NCBI GenBank assembly: GCA_045533905.1 | Contig: JAZSIR010000022.1 | Coordinates: forward strand, 36,498-100,497 | Source of the DNA: Clostridia bacterium | Lineage (GTDB): Bacteria; Bacillota; Clostridia; UMGS1883; UMGS1540 | Reading direction: 5' to 3' | Length of the DNA: 64,000 nt | Part shown: one piece after another, positions 50,161 to 58,698 of the stretch | Layout of the letters: each line of letters opens with the position of its first letter | Position numbering within the stretch: position 1 is the stretch's first letter | Made by a program: the position numbers and the translations under genes | The notes under the pieces: generated by a model | What the model saw: only the letters and a program-made list of their open reading frames with translations | Told to the model about the DNA's origin: nothing | The model's database searches: none

Positions 50161-51780
50161 ATGGAAAAGCGGCTTCAAAAAGGTACGTGTATCGAAAGTA
50201 ACACGTATTATAAGGCAGACGGCTTACGTATTGACATCTATCCGGAAGACTGCGAAATCACTACCGAGCCGGTCTATTTCCCCTATTTTTCCCACTCCAT
50301 ACAGCAAGCCAGGCCGGTTGGTTTTCTCCTCAAAAATCTTGAGAATGTTACGCTGGATTTCGGGGGCGCGACCATTGTTTTTCACGGGGAAATCGTACCA
50401 TTCATCCTCGATACCTGTAAAAATGTGAAGCTTATCAACTTCAAGGTGGACTATCACAGACCCTTCTATACACAGGCGCGCGTTTTGGAATGTGACAAGA
50501 CCCATATGCGCGTCCGTATGGACAAGGACTTTCCGTGCCGCGTAGAAAACGGCTACCTCTACGCCGTGGGCGATGGCTGGGAGAGAAACCTGAACAAAGA
50601 GTCCTGTCTGCTGTGGCTGTATGACAGAAGCGGGATAAAGAACTACTCCATTATTCTGGCAGCCTTTGGCCCTGAAATTTTCCCCAGCGAAAATCCCCCG
50701 CTGCCCATCCGCCATCTCCTCGTAGAGGAAGAAGGGGACACCTTCGTCTTCCGTGGCGATTTCCCCGAAGCGTGGGATGCAAATGACGAAAACAACAGTC
50801 TTGTGTTCTCGCACGAACCGCGCGACAAGTGCACGATAACTATCGTAAACTGCGAGAATATTTATGTGGAAAACTTCACGCTCATCTACGGCGCTGCCTA
50901 TGCCGTGATGGGGCTGCACTCCAAAAATTTATATTTCGACAATTACAATATGTATATGGATTTTGAAGGGAATGGCCGCCTCGTAACGAACAATGCCGAC
51001 GGTATTCATCTTTTCAACTGCAGCGGCGATTTCGTTTTCAAAAATTCGCATATGGAAGGTCTTCTGGATGATACGGTGAATGTGCATAACAACTACCTAC
51101 GGGTGGTGGAAGCAGAAGAAAACCGTCTTGTGTGCGCATTTGTCGGCGCTTCTCTCTCGCTGCAGTGTCCCATTTTTGCAAAGGGAGACCGCATCGCACT
51201 CTACCGGGGCAGAACGCAGGAGAGAAAAGCAGAAGCCGAAATCACGGATGTTTTCATCGACTTGGAAAAGAGGCAATTTGTATATTCGCTTGACCGCACT
51301 CTTGCAGGCATCGATTCCGGCGACGTAATGGAAAACCTTTCCGGTCACCCCGAAATTCTTTTGGAAAACTGCGAGTTCGGCCGCTTCCGCGGCACGATGC
51401 GCCTGCAGAGCCGCGCCAAAACGGTGGTGCGAGGCTGCAAGTTCCATAATCTTCAGGAATCTATTATCTTCACGGGCGATACGACGTACTGGTTCGAATC
51501 CGGCCCCGTAAACGACTTCCGCATCGAAAACTGCTCCTTCCCGCACACGACCTTCTGTCCCCGCATCCTTTTCTTTGGTGAGGTGGAATATACGGAGAAG
51601 GAAAACTATTATCACAAGAATATCACCGTTGAAAACTGCACCTTCGGCAAGGGGGAGGTCGCCATTTTGAACCACGTGGACGGATTCGTGTTCCGCAACA
51701 ATACGGCGGACGGCGAAATGAAAATCCGCGTGAAGGAATCGGTAAATGTCGTCTGCGATGAGGATGTAACGCTTTTATAA
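50161..51780 (+). CDS. Right-handed beta-helix protein, GH110 (alpha-galactosidase)-like
   Basis: N.TLDF.G..I.FHG, ADGIH, DD..NVH motifs; repeated I.(I/V)ENC.F turns. Confidence 0.7.
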   Translation: MEKRLQKGTCIESNTYYKADGLRIDIYPEDCEITTEPVYFPYFSHSIQQARPVGFLLKNLENVTLDFGGATIVFHGEIVPFILDTCKNVKLINFKVDYHRPFYTQARVLECDKTHMRVRMDKDFPCRVENGYLYAVGDGWERNLNKESCLLWLYDRSGIKNYSIILAAFGPEIFPSENPPLPIRHLLVEEEGDTFVFRGDFPEAWDANDENNSLVFSHEPRDKCTITIVNCENIYVENFTLIYGAAYAVMGLHSKNLYFDNYNMYMDFEGNGRLVTNNADGIHLFNCSGDFVFKNSHMEGLLDDTVNVHNNYLRVVEAEENRLVCAFVGASLSLQCPIFAKGDRIALYRGRTQERKAEAEITDVFIDLEKRQFVYSLDRTLAGIDSGDVMENLSGHPEILLENCEFGRFRGTMRLQSRAKTVVRGCKFHNLQESIIFTGDTTYWFESGPVNDFRIENCSFPHTTFCPRILFFGEVEYTEKENYYHKNITVENCTFGKGEVAILNHVDGFVFRNNTADGEMKIRVKESVNVVCDEDVTLL

Positions 51781-51795
51781 AAACAAAATACATAG

Positions 51796-51828
51796 AAAAG
51801 CCGCAAAGGTTGCCCTTTGCGGCTTTTT
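51796..51828. terminator. Bidirectional intrinsic terminator
   Basis: AAAAGCCGCAAAGG-TTGC-CCTTTGCGGCTTTTT. Confidence 0.8.
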
Positions 51829-51917
51829 GTATCTCTTTTCTGCTATAGGCTCGTTTTGCTCTCCTGCGATAGGATGTCCCGAAAGGGCATATCGAATCCG
51901 CCGGGATATATAAAGAT

Positions 51918-51971
51918 TTATATCGCTGTCGAAAGCGTCAGTAGCGCTATGCTTTCGACATGGCTTGTGTG
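51918..51971 (-). other. Second, diverged copy of the rlmD 3' end (HTSHVESIALLTLSTAI*); putative att site
   Basis: Translation aligns with the rlmD C-terminus QTHHVECCVLLCR*; contains a perfect 10-bp inverted repeat. Confidence 0.7.
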
Positions 51972-51983
51972 GTGTCTGCGACA

Positions 51984-52967
51984 CTATTGATGAGATTTTT
52001 TGTATGCTTTTTCAAATAATGAAACAATAATTATATATATTCTCTTCATTATTATGGACATTAAGATAGTACCGATAATTACGACAATTATATATATAGG
52101 TATTTGTTCTATGTATTTTAATTTTATCAGTCTTAAGAACAGTCCGTGTGTGACATATATTTCTAATGAATAATCGCCGCAAAACGCATTAAACCTATTA
52201 TGTATTAAAGATGTGTTAGCTAAAATATACGATAATGAAATCATAGAACAAACAAAAAGTAATGCGTATAATACATTAAATATTACCGGAATCCCACTCT
52301 TGGCAGAAAGTACAAAGCAAGCAGCAAACAATATACCACTTAAAATAAATAGTACCCAAGCATGTTTTTTTAATTGTACATCAATATAGTCCTTTTTGCA
52401 GTAGTATATCATACCTAAAACCATACAAGGAACAGTTTGATACCAATTTATCCCCAGACCCATTAAATGACAAAGAATGCAGTAAGCACAAACACAAATA
52501 CCAAATGAAAATATTTGTATTTTCTGAGACTTAAATTTTTTGAATATAACTAAATAGAGCAAGTATACGACAAATGTAGTTTGTAAATACCAACCATTTG
52601 TAACTATTGTTCCTCCAAATAAAAACGATTGTATAAAAAGCTTAGGGGAGAAACTTCTTTCTAACAATAATGTCCATAAGCTATATAAAACTATAAGTAA
52701 AACATAAAAAGAATATAGCGGTAAAAACCTTTTAATAAAAAATCCATCTATATAGTTTTTCCTTTGGCTGGAAAGCATCAAGCCATACCCAGAAAAAAAG
52801 AAAAACATAGCAACGGAAATAAATCCCAGCAACTGAAGGAATACTCCAATATACATTCCTCTGAACAATCCGCTATACTGATACAAATGATGAATTACCA
52901 CTAATATGGAAAAAATTCCTCGCAAACAGTTCGTGTACTCTTTTGATATGTATTTTGTTTCTTGCAT
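51984..52967 (-). CDS. Membrane acyltransferase-3 family O-acyltransferase; AT-rich, probably horizontally acquired
   Basis: LRG....VVIHH, V..FFF.SGYG, WY, G.YS.EIY..H motifs; about 10 TM segments; far lower GC than the flanks. Confidence 0.88.
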   Translation of the reverse strand: MQETKYISKEYTNCLRGIFSILVVIHHLYQYSGLFRGMYIGVFLQLLGFISVAMFFFFSGYGLMLSSQRKNYIDGFFIKRFLPLYSFYVLLIVLYSLWTLLLERSFSPKLFIQSFLFGGTIVTNGWYLQTTFVVYLLYLVIFKKFKSQKIQIFSFGICVCAYCILCHLMGLGINWYQTVPCMVLGMIYYCKKDYIDVQLKKHAWVLFILSGILFAACFVLSAKSGIPVIFNVLYALLFVCSMISLSYILANTSLIHNRFNAFCGDYSLEIYVTHGLFLRLIKLKYIEQIPIYIIVVIIGTILMSIIMKRIYIIIVSLFEKAYKKSHQ

Positions 52968-52982
52968 ATAATATTTTCCTTT

Positions 52983-54320
52983 CTATCGACATAGTAGCAC
53001 ACAGCACTCCACATGATGCGTCTGCGGAAAAAGCGCAAAGGGGAAAACCTCGCTAAACGTGTAGCCGTTTTCGCAAAGGAAGGCGGCGTCGCGCGCGAGG
53101 GTGGCGGGGTTACAGGAGATGTAGAGGATTTTTTCGGGGTGCATAGAAAGAAGCGTTTGTAAAAGCGCCGCATCGCATCCCTTTCTTGGGGGATCCACGA
53201 CGGCAATGTCGGCGTGCTCGCCGTCCTCTATCAGTTTCCGGGTAACCTCAAGCGCATCGCCTGCATAGAAAAAGGCGTTTTCGAAGCCGTTTCTCTTCGC
53301 ATTTTCCACAGCGTCGCGCACCGCCTCGGGCACGATTTCCACGCCGATTACGCGCTTTGCACGGCGTGCCAAAAAGAGCGAGATGGAGCCGATGCCGCAG
53401 TAGAGGTCAAACACCGTTTTGTCGGAAATATCGCCGAGAAGCGCAAGTCCTTTTGCATACAGCTTTTCTGCCATAGGGGCGTTGACCTGAAAGAACGAAT
53501 GGTGCGAGACGGAATAGGTAATGCCGGAAAGCGTGATGTTCACCTTTCCCGTGCCGAAAAGAATCCGCGTTTCTTTGCCTAAAATCACATTGGTCCGCGC
53601 GGGATTTATATTCTGCAAAAGCGTGGTAACGCCAAGCGCGCGCAGCTTTTCGGAAAGAGCCTCCTGCGCAGGAATTGTGCGCGAGCGCGTGATGAGGGAG
53701 ACCATACATTCCTCCCCGTCTCCTTCGCGGACAAAGATGTGGCGCACCGTGCCGCGGTGCTTCTCCTCATCATACGGCGAGACGGCATTTTCCTCCATCC
53801 ACGCGAGAACGCCGCGGATAATCCGCGCCGTTTTTTCGGACTGCAAAAGGCAATCTGTGCAGGGCGCAATGCGGTGCGACCGCGGCGCAAAAAAGCCGGC
53901 CGCGATGCCCGCTTCCGTCATCGCGACAGGCATCTGAATTTTATTTCTGTACCGAAGGGATCTCCCGTCTTCTTCCACGTCGTGCACACGAAGCGAAAGC
54001 CCGCCTACGTGGCGGAACGTGTTTTCGCATATCGCACGCCACGTGCGCGACTGGAGCGCGGCATCCATATGCATAAGACTGCACCCGCCGCACTTTTCGT
54101 ACACGGGGCACGGCGGCGCGGTGCGGTTTGGCGAGGGGGTTATAACCTCTAACAGCTTACCGAAGCCGTGCGACTTTTGCAGCTTCACAATTTTTACAAG
54201 ACATTCCTCGCCCTCTATGGCGCCGGGGATGAAAAGCGGAAAGCCCTCGGGCTTTGCCACGCCTTCCCCGCCTGCGCCCTGCGAGAGAATCCGAACGGTT
54301 AAAACATCATTTTTCTGCAT
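52983..54320 (-). CDS. rlmD: 23S rRNA (uracil-C5)-methyltransferase RlmD/RumA
   Basis: TRAM domain, C....CGGC, YRNK, SFFQVN, DLYCG.G, VDPPRKG, YISCNPATLARD, FPQT.HVE. Confidence 0.95.
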   Translation of the reverse strand: MQKNDVLTVRILSQGAGGEGVAKPEGFPLFIPGAIEGEECLVKIVKLQKSHGFGKLLEVITPSPNRTAPPCPVYEKCGGCSLMHMDAALQSRTWRAICENTFRHVGGLSLRVHDVEEDGRSLRYRNKIQMPVAMTEAGIAAGFFAPRSHRIAPCTDCLLQSEKTARIIRGVLAWMEENAVSPYDEEKHRGTVRHIFVREGDGEECMVSLITRSRTIPAQEALSEKLRALGVTTLLQNINPARTNVILGKETRILFGTGKVNITLSGITYSVSHHSFFQVNAPMAEKLYAKGLALLGDISDKTVFDLYCGIGSISLFLARRAKRVIGVEIVPEAVRDAVENAKRNGFENAFFYAGDALEVTRKLIEDGEHADIAVVDPPRKGCDAALLQTLLSMHPEKILYISCNPATLARDAAFLCENGYTFSEVFPFALFPQTHHVECCVLLCR

Positions 54321-54321
54321 A

Positions 54322-55314
54322 TTATTCTATAATCGGTTTCACGCCGCTCGGCAAAAGCATTACCCAGGTCTGCCCCGGATTTAAGAGCACTTCTTCGCCA
54401 TCGGCCGTTTTCCATACAGTTTTGCCGCCGCGGGAGGGCTTTTCCCACGTAATCGGTACGGCGCGGCCCATCGTGATATAGTAGCCTTCGCCGCTGCCTA
54501 CGGTTTTTACATCAATGCGGTCGGACCCGTCGCCCAAAAGCGCGGTCTGCATCTGCATAATGATGATATTTTTCGCGGCAATCGAGGGCGGCTCCTGCAC
54601 GATGTGCGGGGCGCCGTTCATAAACTTTTTATATGTGCCTGCCTCCTCGTTATAGGAGAAGGAAGAGGAATAAAAGCCTGCATAGGGAATTTTTACATTG
54701 ACCGCACTCGTACCTTCCGCAAGGGGTGCATCCTCGGGCGCGAAGGCGAGGGGCGCCGTGGTTCTGTCGGTGCGGTAGCCCTTCTTTTCGGCGAGCCCGT
54801 TTATGTTTTCCATCGAGGTGAACGCCGTATGCCAGCCGCTTCCCTCACGCCAGAAAATGCCGCCATCCGTACCCAGAACGCCGTTTATGTTCTGGATGCC
54901 GAGGGCGGGGATATCCGCCTGCGCGCGGGGGCTGTAGCCGTAATGTGTGTAAACGGCATCGTGCTCGAGCACATAATCTAAAAAGTAATGGCGGGAAGAG
55001 CGCACGGGGCCGATTTTGGCCGTATCCTTTTCATTGAAAAAGGCCATAAGGCGTGTGGCGCCGCCTTCCACGGGTACCTCGTAAATGAGATAGGCGTCGG
55101 TAAGGCCGGCGTGCGGCCAAGCGCCGGAATTGTCATTATCCACCATAACGGCCACAGGGCGTTTTGTGGCAGAGGCATATGCCGAATAAAATTCGCTCAC
55201 GGCTTTGGGCGTTTCGGCCGGCTCTTTTCCGGTAGCGCCCGTGGGGGCCTCCGTCTTTCCGCAGCCCGAGAGCACAAGGATGCCTGCAAGGAAAATCGTA
55301 AGAAGCTTCTTCAT
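54322..55314 (-). CDS. DUF3048 family lipoprotein (YerB-like)
   Basis: Lipobox LSGC; RPVAVMVDN, YE..VEGG.TR, IGPVRS.R, PGQTW. Confidence 0.85.
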   Translation of the reverse strand: MKKLLTIFLAGILVLSGCGKTEAPTGATGKEPAETPKAVSEFYSAYASATKRPVAVMVDNDNSGAWPHAGLTDAYLIYEVPVEGGATRLMAFFNEKDTAKIGPVRSSRHYFLDYVLEHDAVYTHYGYSPRAQADIPALGIQNINGVLGTDGGIFWREGSGWHTAFTSMENINGLAEKKGYRTDRTTAPLAFAPEDAPLAEGTSAVNVKIPYAGFYSSSFSYNEEAGTYKKFMNGAPHIVQEPPSIAAKNIIIMQMQTALLGDGSDRIDVKTVGSGEGYYITMGRAVPITWEKPSRGGKTVWKTADGEEVLLNPGQTWVMLLPSGVKPIIE

Positions 55315-55370
55315 AAGTCGTTCCTTTCCGCCGCAAAAGGTCTTTGCGGCCTCCTTTTGTTCTTATATTC

Positions 55371-55444
55371 AGTATACCAGTGACGGGGGCGTCTGTCAAG
55401 AAAAAACCGCATCCCTTGACATATAGTGCGAAGTATGCTACAAT
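55371..55444. promoter_or_regulatory. Divergent sigma-A promoter pair
   Basis: Minus strand TTGACA(55399)-17-TATACT; plus strand TTGACA(55416)-17-TACAAT with TG. Confidence 0.7.
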
Positions 55445-55470
55445 ATGTAGATAGAAAGGGAGGGATTACG

Positions 55471-56775
55471 ATGCCAATTTCGGATGAACGGATGAAACAA
55501 ATCAAACGCCGGAAAATTCTTTCGAATATCGCTTTGTATGGGACTGTGTTGCTTCTTACAGCGCTTCTCGCCTTTGGTATTTTCTCTCTTGTGCGCGGCA
55601 TGATAAATCGCGCCTCCCGGCCGGGCAGTGCGGAAGAAATTTACGCGCGCGCCGCATATCTTTCCGAAGGGTATTTTTATGACGAAGCCATCACGGAAAT
55701 CACGGGCTTTGCAAAATACGCCGAAAACGAGAAGCTTTCCGCGCTTCTTTCGGAAATCGAGAGTACAAAGGCATCCCTTGTGCCCGCCAATATCCACGAG
55801 GTGACACACGTGTTCTTCCACACCCTGATTGCCGATACTTCCAAGGCGTTTGACGGGGATTATAAGGAAAACGGGTATAACCAGTATATGACGACCATAT
55901 CGGAATTTCGCGAAATGCTCCGCATTATGCACGAGCGCGGGTATGTGCTTGTGAATATGGACGATATGGCGAAGATGCAGGCGGACGAAAACGGAGAAAT
56001 GCGGATGACGCCGTGCGAAATCCTTCTCCCGCCCGGCAAGAAGCCGCTTGTGATGAGTCAGGACGATGTAAGCTACTATACGTATATGACGGGGGACGGC
56101 TTTGCCACCCGCCTTGTCATCGGCGAGGACGGCTATCCGACAAACGAATATATCGAAGAGGACGGCTCTGTCTCTCGCGGCGCGTATGACCTTGTGCCGA
56201 TTCTCGAAGACTTTATAAAAGAGCACCCTGATTTTTCCTACCGCGGCGCCCGCGCCACACTTGCCATCACGGGGTATGACGGCGTTTTAGGCTATCGCAC
56301 CTGCCCCTCTGGTGAAGGGTTCGACCCGGCCGAAATTGAAAAAGCGAAGGCCGTGGCCGACCGGATGCGCGAGCTTGGCTGGGTGTTTGCAAGCCACAGC
56401 TGGGGGCACCGCCTCTACGGCTCGATTGAAACCGAAACGCTCCGCACCGACGCGCAGAAGTGGGAAGACGAAGTGGAGCCGATTCTCGGCGAATGTGATG
56501 TGATTATCTACGCCCACGGCGAGGATATCGCCGGCATTGAAAGCTACACGGCAGAAAATGAAAAGTTCCAAATTCTTTACGATATGGGCTTCCGCTATTT
56601 CTGCAATGTGGACGCGCATACCTACTGGGTGCAGGTGGGCGAAAACTACCTCCGCCAGGGCCGCCGCAATCTCGACGGCTACCGCATGTACCATAACCCC
56701 GAACTGCTCGAGGATTTGTTCCCTGTATCGGAGGTCTTCGATTCTGCACGGCCTTTGCCCGTGCCGGCTATCTAG
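55471..56775 (+). CDS. Membrane-anchored polysaccharide deacetylase-like protein
   Basis: N-terminal TM segment; HVFFH.L, KP...SQDD, ASHSWGH motifs. Confidence 0.75.
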   Translation: MPISDERMKQIKRRKILSNIALYGTVLLLTALLAFGIFSLVRGMINRASRPGSAEEIYARAAYLSEGYFYDEAITEITGFAKYAENEKLSALLSEIESTKASLVPANIHEVTHVFFHTLIADTSKAFDGDYKENGYNQYMTTISEFREMLRIMHERGYVLVNMDDMAKMQADENGEMRMTPCEILLPPGKKPLVMSQDDVSYYTYMTGDGFATRLVIGEDGYPTNEYIEEDGSVSRGAYDLVPILEDFIKEHPDFSYRGARATLAITGYDGVLGYRTCPSGEGFDPAEIEKAKAVADRMRELGWVFASHSWGHRLYGSIETETLRTDAQKWEDEVEPILGECDVIIYAHGEDIAGIESYTAENEKFQILYDMGFRYFCNVDAHTYWVQVGENYLRQGRRNLDGYRMYHNPELLEDLFPVSEVFDSARPLPVPAI

Positions 56776-56801
56776 GGATGTAAAAAAGAAGGTTCATACG
56801 G

Positions 56802-56836
56802 GCAGGGACGCTCTAAAAGAGCGTCCCTGCTGTTTT
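56802..56836 (+). terminator. Intrinsic terminator
   Basis: GCAGGGACGCTCT-AAA-AGAGCGTCCCTGC-TGTTTT. Confidence 0.75.
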
Positions 56837-56863
56837 GTGCCTTAAAGCGGGCGCAAACTACAG

Positions 56864-57035
56864 GAAGACGAAGCCTTTCTGTTAAAACCTTCTTTTTGCA
56901 GGGGTGTTATGCGACACCCCTACAACCCCCGCAGGGCGCGCTCCGCTAAAAGCCAAAGGCTTTTACCGCCTTTCCGATCGGCGGCACGCTCCGTAAAGCG
57001 CCCGTTAGAGCAAGTGCGAAAAGGTAGTTTACGCG
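56864..57035. repeat. Intergenic repeat homologous, in inverted orientation, to blocks within 29290-29657
   Basis: Shared ACACCCCTACAACCCCCGCAGGGCGCGCTC, TTTTACCGCCTTTCCG and ATCGGCGGCACGCT...AAAGCGCCCGT blocks in the same order. Confidence 0.8.
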
Positions 57036-57063
57036 CTGCAATAAAAGTACGTTCAGACAAGTG

Positions 57064-57088
57064 GGGACTCTCCAATATGGAGAGTCCC
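57064..57088 (-). terminator. Hairpin terminator after rnhA
   Basis: GGGACTCTCCA-ATA-TGGAGAGTCCC. Confidence 0.65.
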
Positions 57089-57094
57089 TTTGTT

Positions 57095-57565
57095 TTATGC
57101 TTGCATTTTTTCATATTCTTCGTCTATTAAAAGGTTGTTTTTTGCATACGCCGCGGTAGCAAGCGCATCGCACCGATTATTCTTTTCGTTTTCGGCGTGG
57201 CCCTTTACCCAGTGGCAGGTGACGGCGTGCATTTCAAAAAGCGCGAGAAGGCGCGCCCAGAGGTCGGGATTTTGCGCGGGGCCGCTTTTTCGTTTCCACC
57301 CGTTTTTCTGCCAGGTGACCGCCCAGCCCTTCTCAATCGCTTCCACCACGTACTTCGAATCGCTGTAGAGATCCACGCGGCAGGGCTCCCGAAGTGCTTC
57401 GAGCGCGCGAATGACGCCGAGAAGCTCCATCCGGTTATTCGTGGTTTTGCGGTAGCCTTCGGAAAGCTCCTTTTCTCTTCCGCCATAGGCCAAAATGGCA
57501 CCAAAGCCCCCGGGACCGGGATTGCCGCTGCAGGCGCCGTCCGTATAAATCGTTACTTCCTTCAT
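57095..57565 (-). CDS. rnhA: Ribonuclease HI
   Basis: [34 protein letters not shown]. Confidence 0.95.
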   Translation of the reverse strand: MKEVTIYTDGACSGNPGPGGFGAILAYGGREKELSEGYRKTTNNRMELLGVIRALEALREPCRVDLYSDSKYVVEAIEKGWAVTWQKNGWKRKSGPAQNPDLWARLLALFEMHAVTCHWVKGHAENEKNNRCDALATAAYAKNNLLIDEEYEKMQA

Positions 57566-58386
57566 ACTTCGTCTCCCCCAAGGCGTTTTATGGCCTCCGT
57601 AAGAAGGAGGCTGAATTTTTCGCTCATCTTGGCCGCCTCTGTCTTTACCTCTTCGTGCGAGAGGGGATTTTCCGTCATCCCCGCCGCAGCGTTGACGATG
57701 CAGCTGATGCCGCCGACTTCCATACCCATATGCCGCGCAGCAATGGCCTCGACGGCCGTACTCATCCCGACGGCGTCAGCTCCCAGTGCACGAAATGCGC
57801 GGATTTCCGCAGGCGTTTCATACTGCGGCCCCCCTACCTGCAGGTACACGCCCGAGGCAAGCGGGATGGAAAGGTCCGCGGCGCACGCGGCGAGAACCTT
57901 CTGCACGCGCGGCGTATATACCGCGCTCATATCGGGAAAGCGCGGGCCAAGCGTCTCTTTGTTCCGGCCGCGAAGCGGTGAGGGCACAAAGGATGCGATA
58001 TGGTCGGCAATCATCATAAGGGTGCCGGCAGGAAACGCGGGGTTTATGCCGCCTGCGGCGTTCGAGAGAAGAAGCGTTTTCGCACCAAGGGCGCACATAA
58101 TGCGCACGCCGAGCACCACATCCTCCATCGGATACCCTTCATAATAATGGACACGCCCCTGCATAAAAACGGTGGGCACATCCCCTATATACCCGCAAAC
58201 AAACTGCCCTCTATGTCCCGAAACGGTTGAAGCGGGGAACCCGGGCAGCTCCTTGTACGGAATACAAACGGCTTTTGTGAGTTTTTCTGCCGCGTCCCCA
58301 AGGCCTGAGCCGAGCACGACCGCGACGCGCGGCACAAAATCCGTTTTTTCACGTATCGCCGCAAGACAAGCGTTGATTTTTTCCAT
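57562..58386 (-). CDS. punA: Purine nucleoside phosphorylase (trimeric type)
   Basis: [31 protein letters not shown]. Confidence 0.93.
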   Translation of the reverse strand: MEKINACLAAIREKTDFVPRVAVVLGSGLGDAAEKLTKAVCIPYKELPGFPASTVSGHRGQFVCGYIGDVPTVFMQGRVHYYEGYPMEDVVLGVRIMCALGAKTLLLSNAAGGINPAFPAGTLMMIADHIASFVPSPLRGRNKETLGPRFPDMSAVYTPRVQKVLAACAADLSIPLASGVYLQVGGPQYETPAEIRAFRALGADAVGMSTAVEAIAARHMGMEVGGISCIVNAAAGMTENPLSHEEVKTEAAKMSEKFSLLLTEAIKRLGGDEV

Positions 58387-58395
58387 AGGCGCCTC

Positions 58396-58629
58396 CTATG
58401 CCTTCCGCAAAAGAATATCGAGAAAAAGACCGAGCACAAAGCCTTCCGAAAAAAGCGTGATACCCGTTTTGCACATCTGCGAAGAAAGAACCGCCGCCGC
58501 ATATGAGCCGCTTTCCCCTAGAAGAAGCGTGGCGGCAACAAGCAAAAATATGGCGGGGATGATGCCCCAGAACATTACGCGCCGCGGCAGGCCCGAAAGC
58601 CCTTCGAGCGCAAGAAAAAGCTTTTTCAT
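58396..58629 (-). CDS. Small membrane protein (two TM segments)
   Basis: RBS AAGGGG; hydrophobic; fits the operon directly upstream of punA. Confidence 0.6.
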   Translation of the reverse strand: MKKLFLALEGLSGLPRRVMFWGIIPAIFLLVAATLLLGESGSYAAAVLSSQMCKTGITLFSEGFVLGLFLDILLRKA

Positions 58630-58698
58630 TCGTAATTCCCCCTTTTACTTTATTGTAAAGGGAGTTTTATTGAAAAGCAAGGCACAAGTTCTTCCGTT

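Noticed and set aside
55414-55453. Tandem NrdR-box-like sequences
   Set aside because: Weak matches with 24-bp spacing, explained by the -35/-10 elements, and the downstream gene is unrelated to nucleotide reduction.
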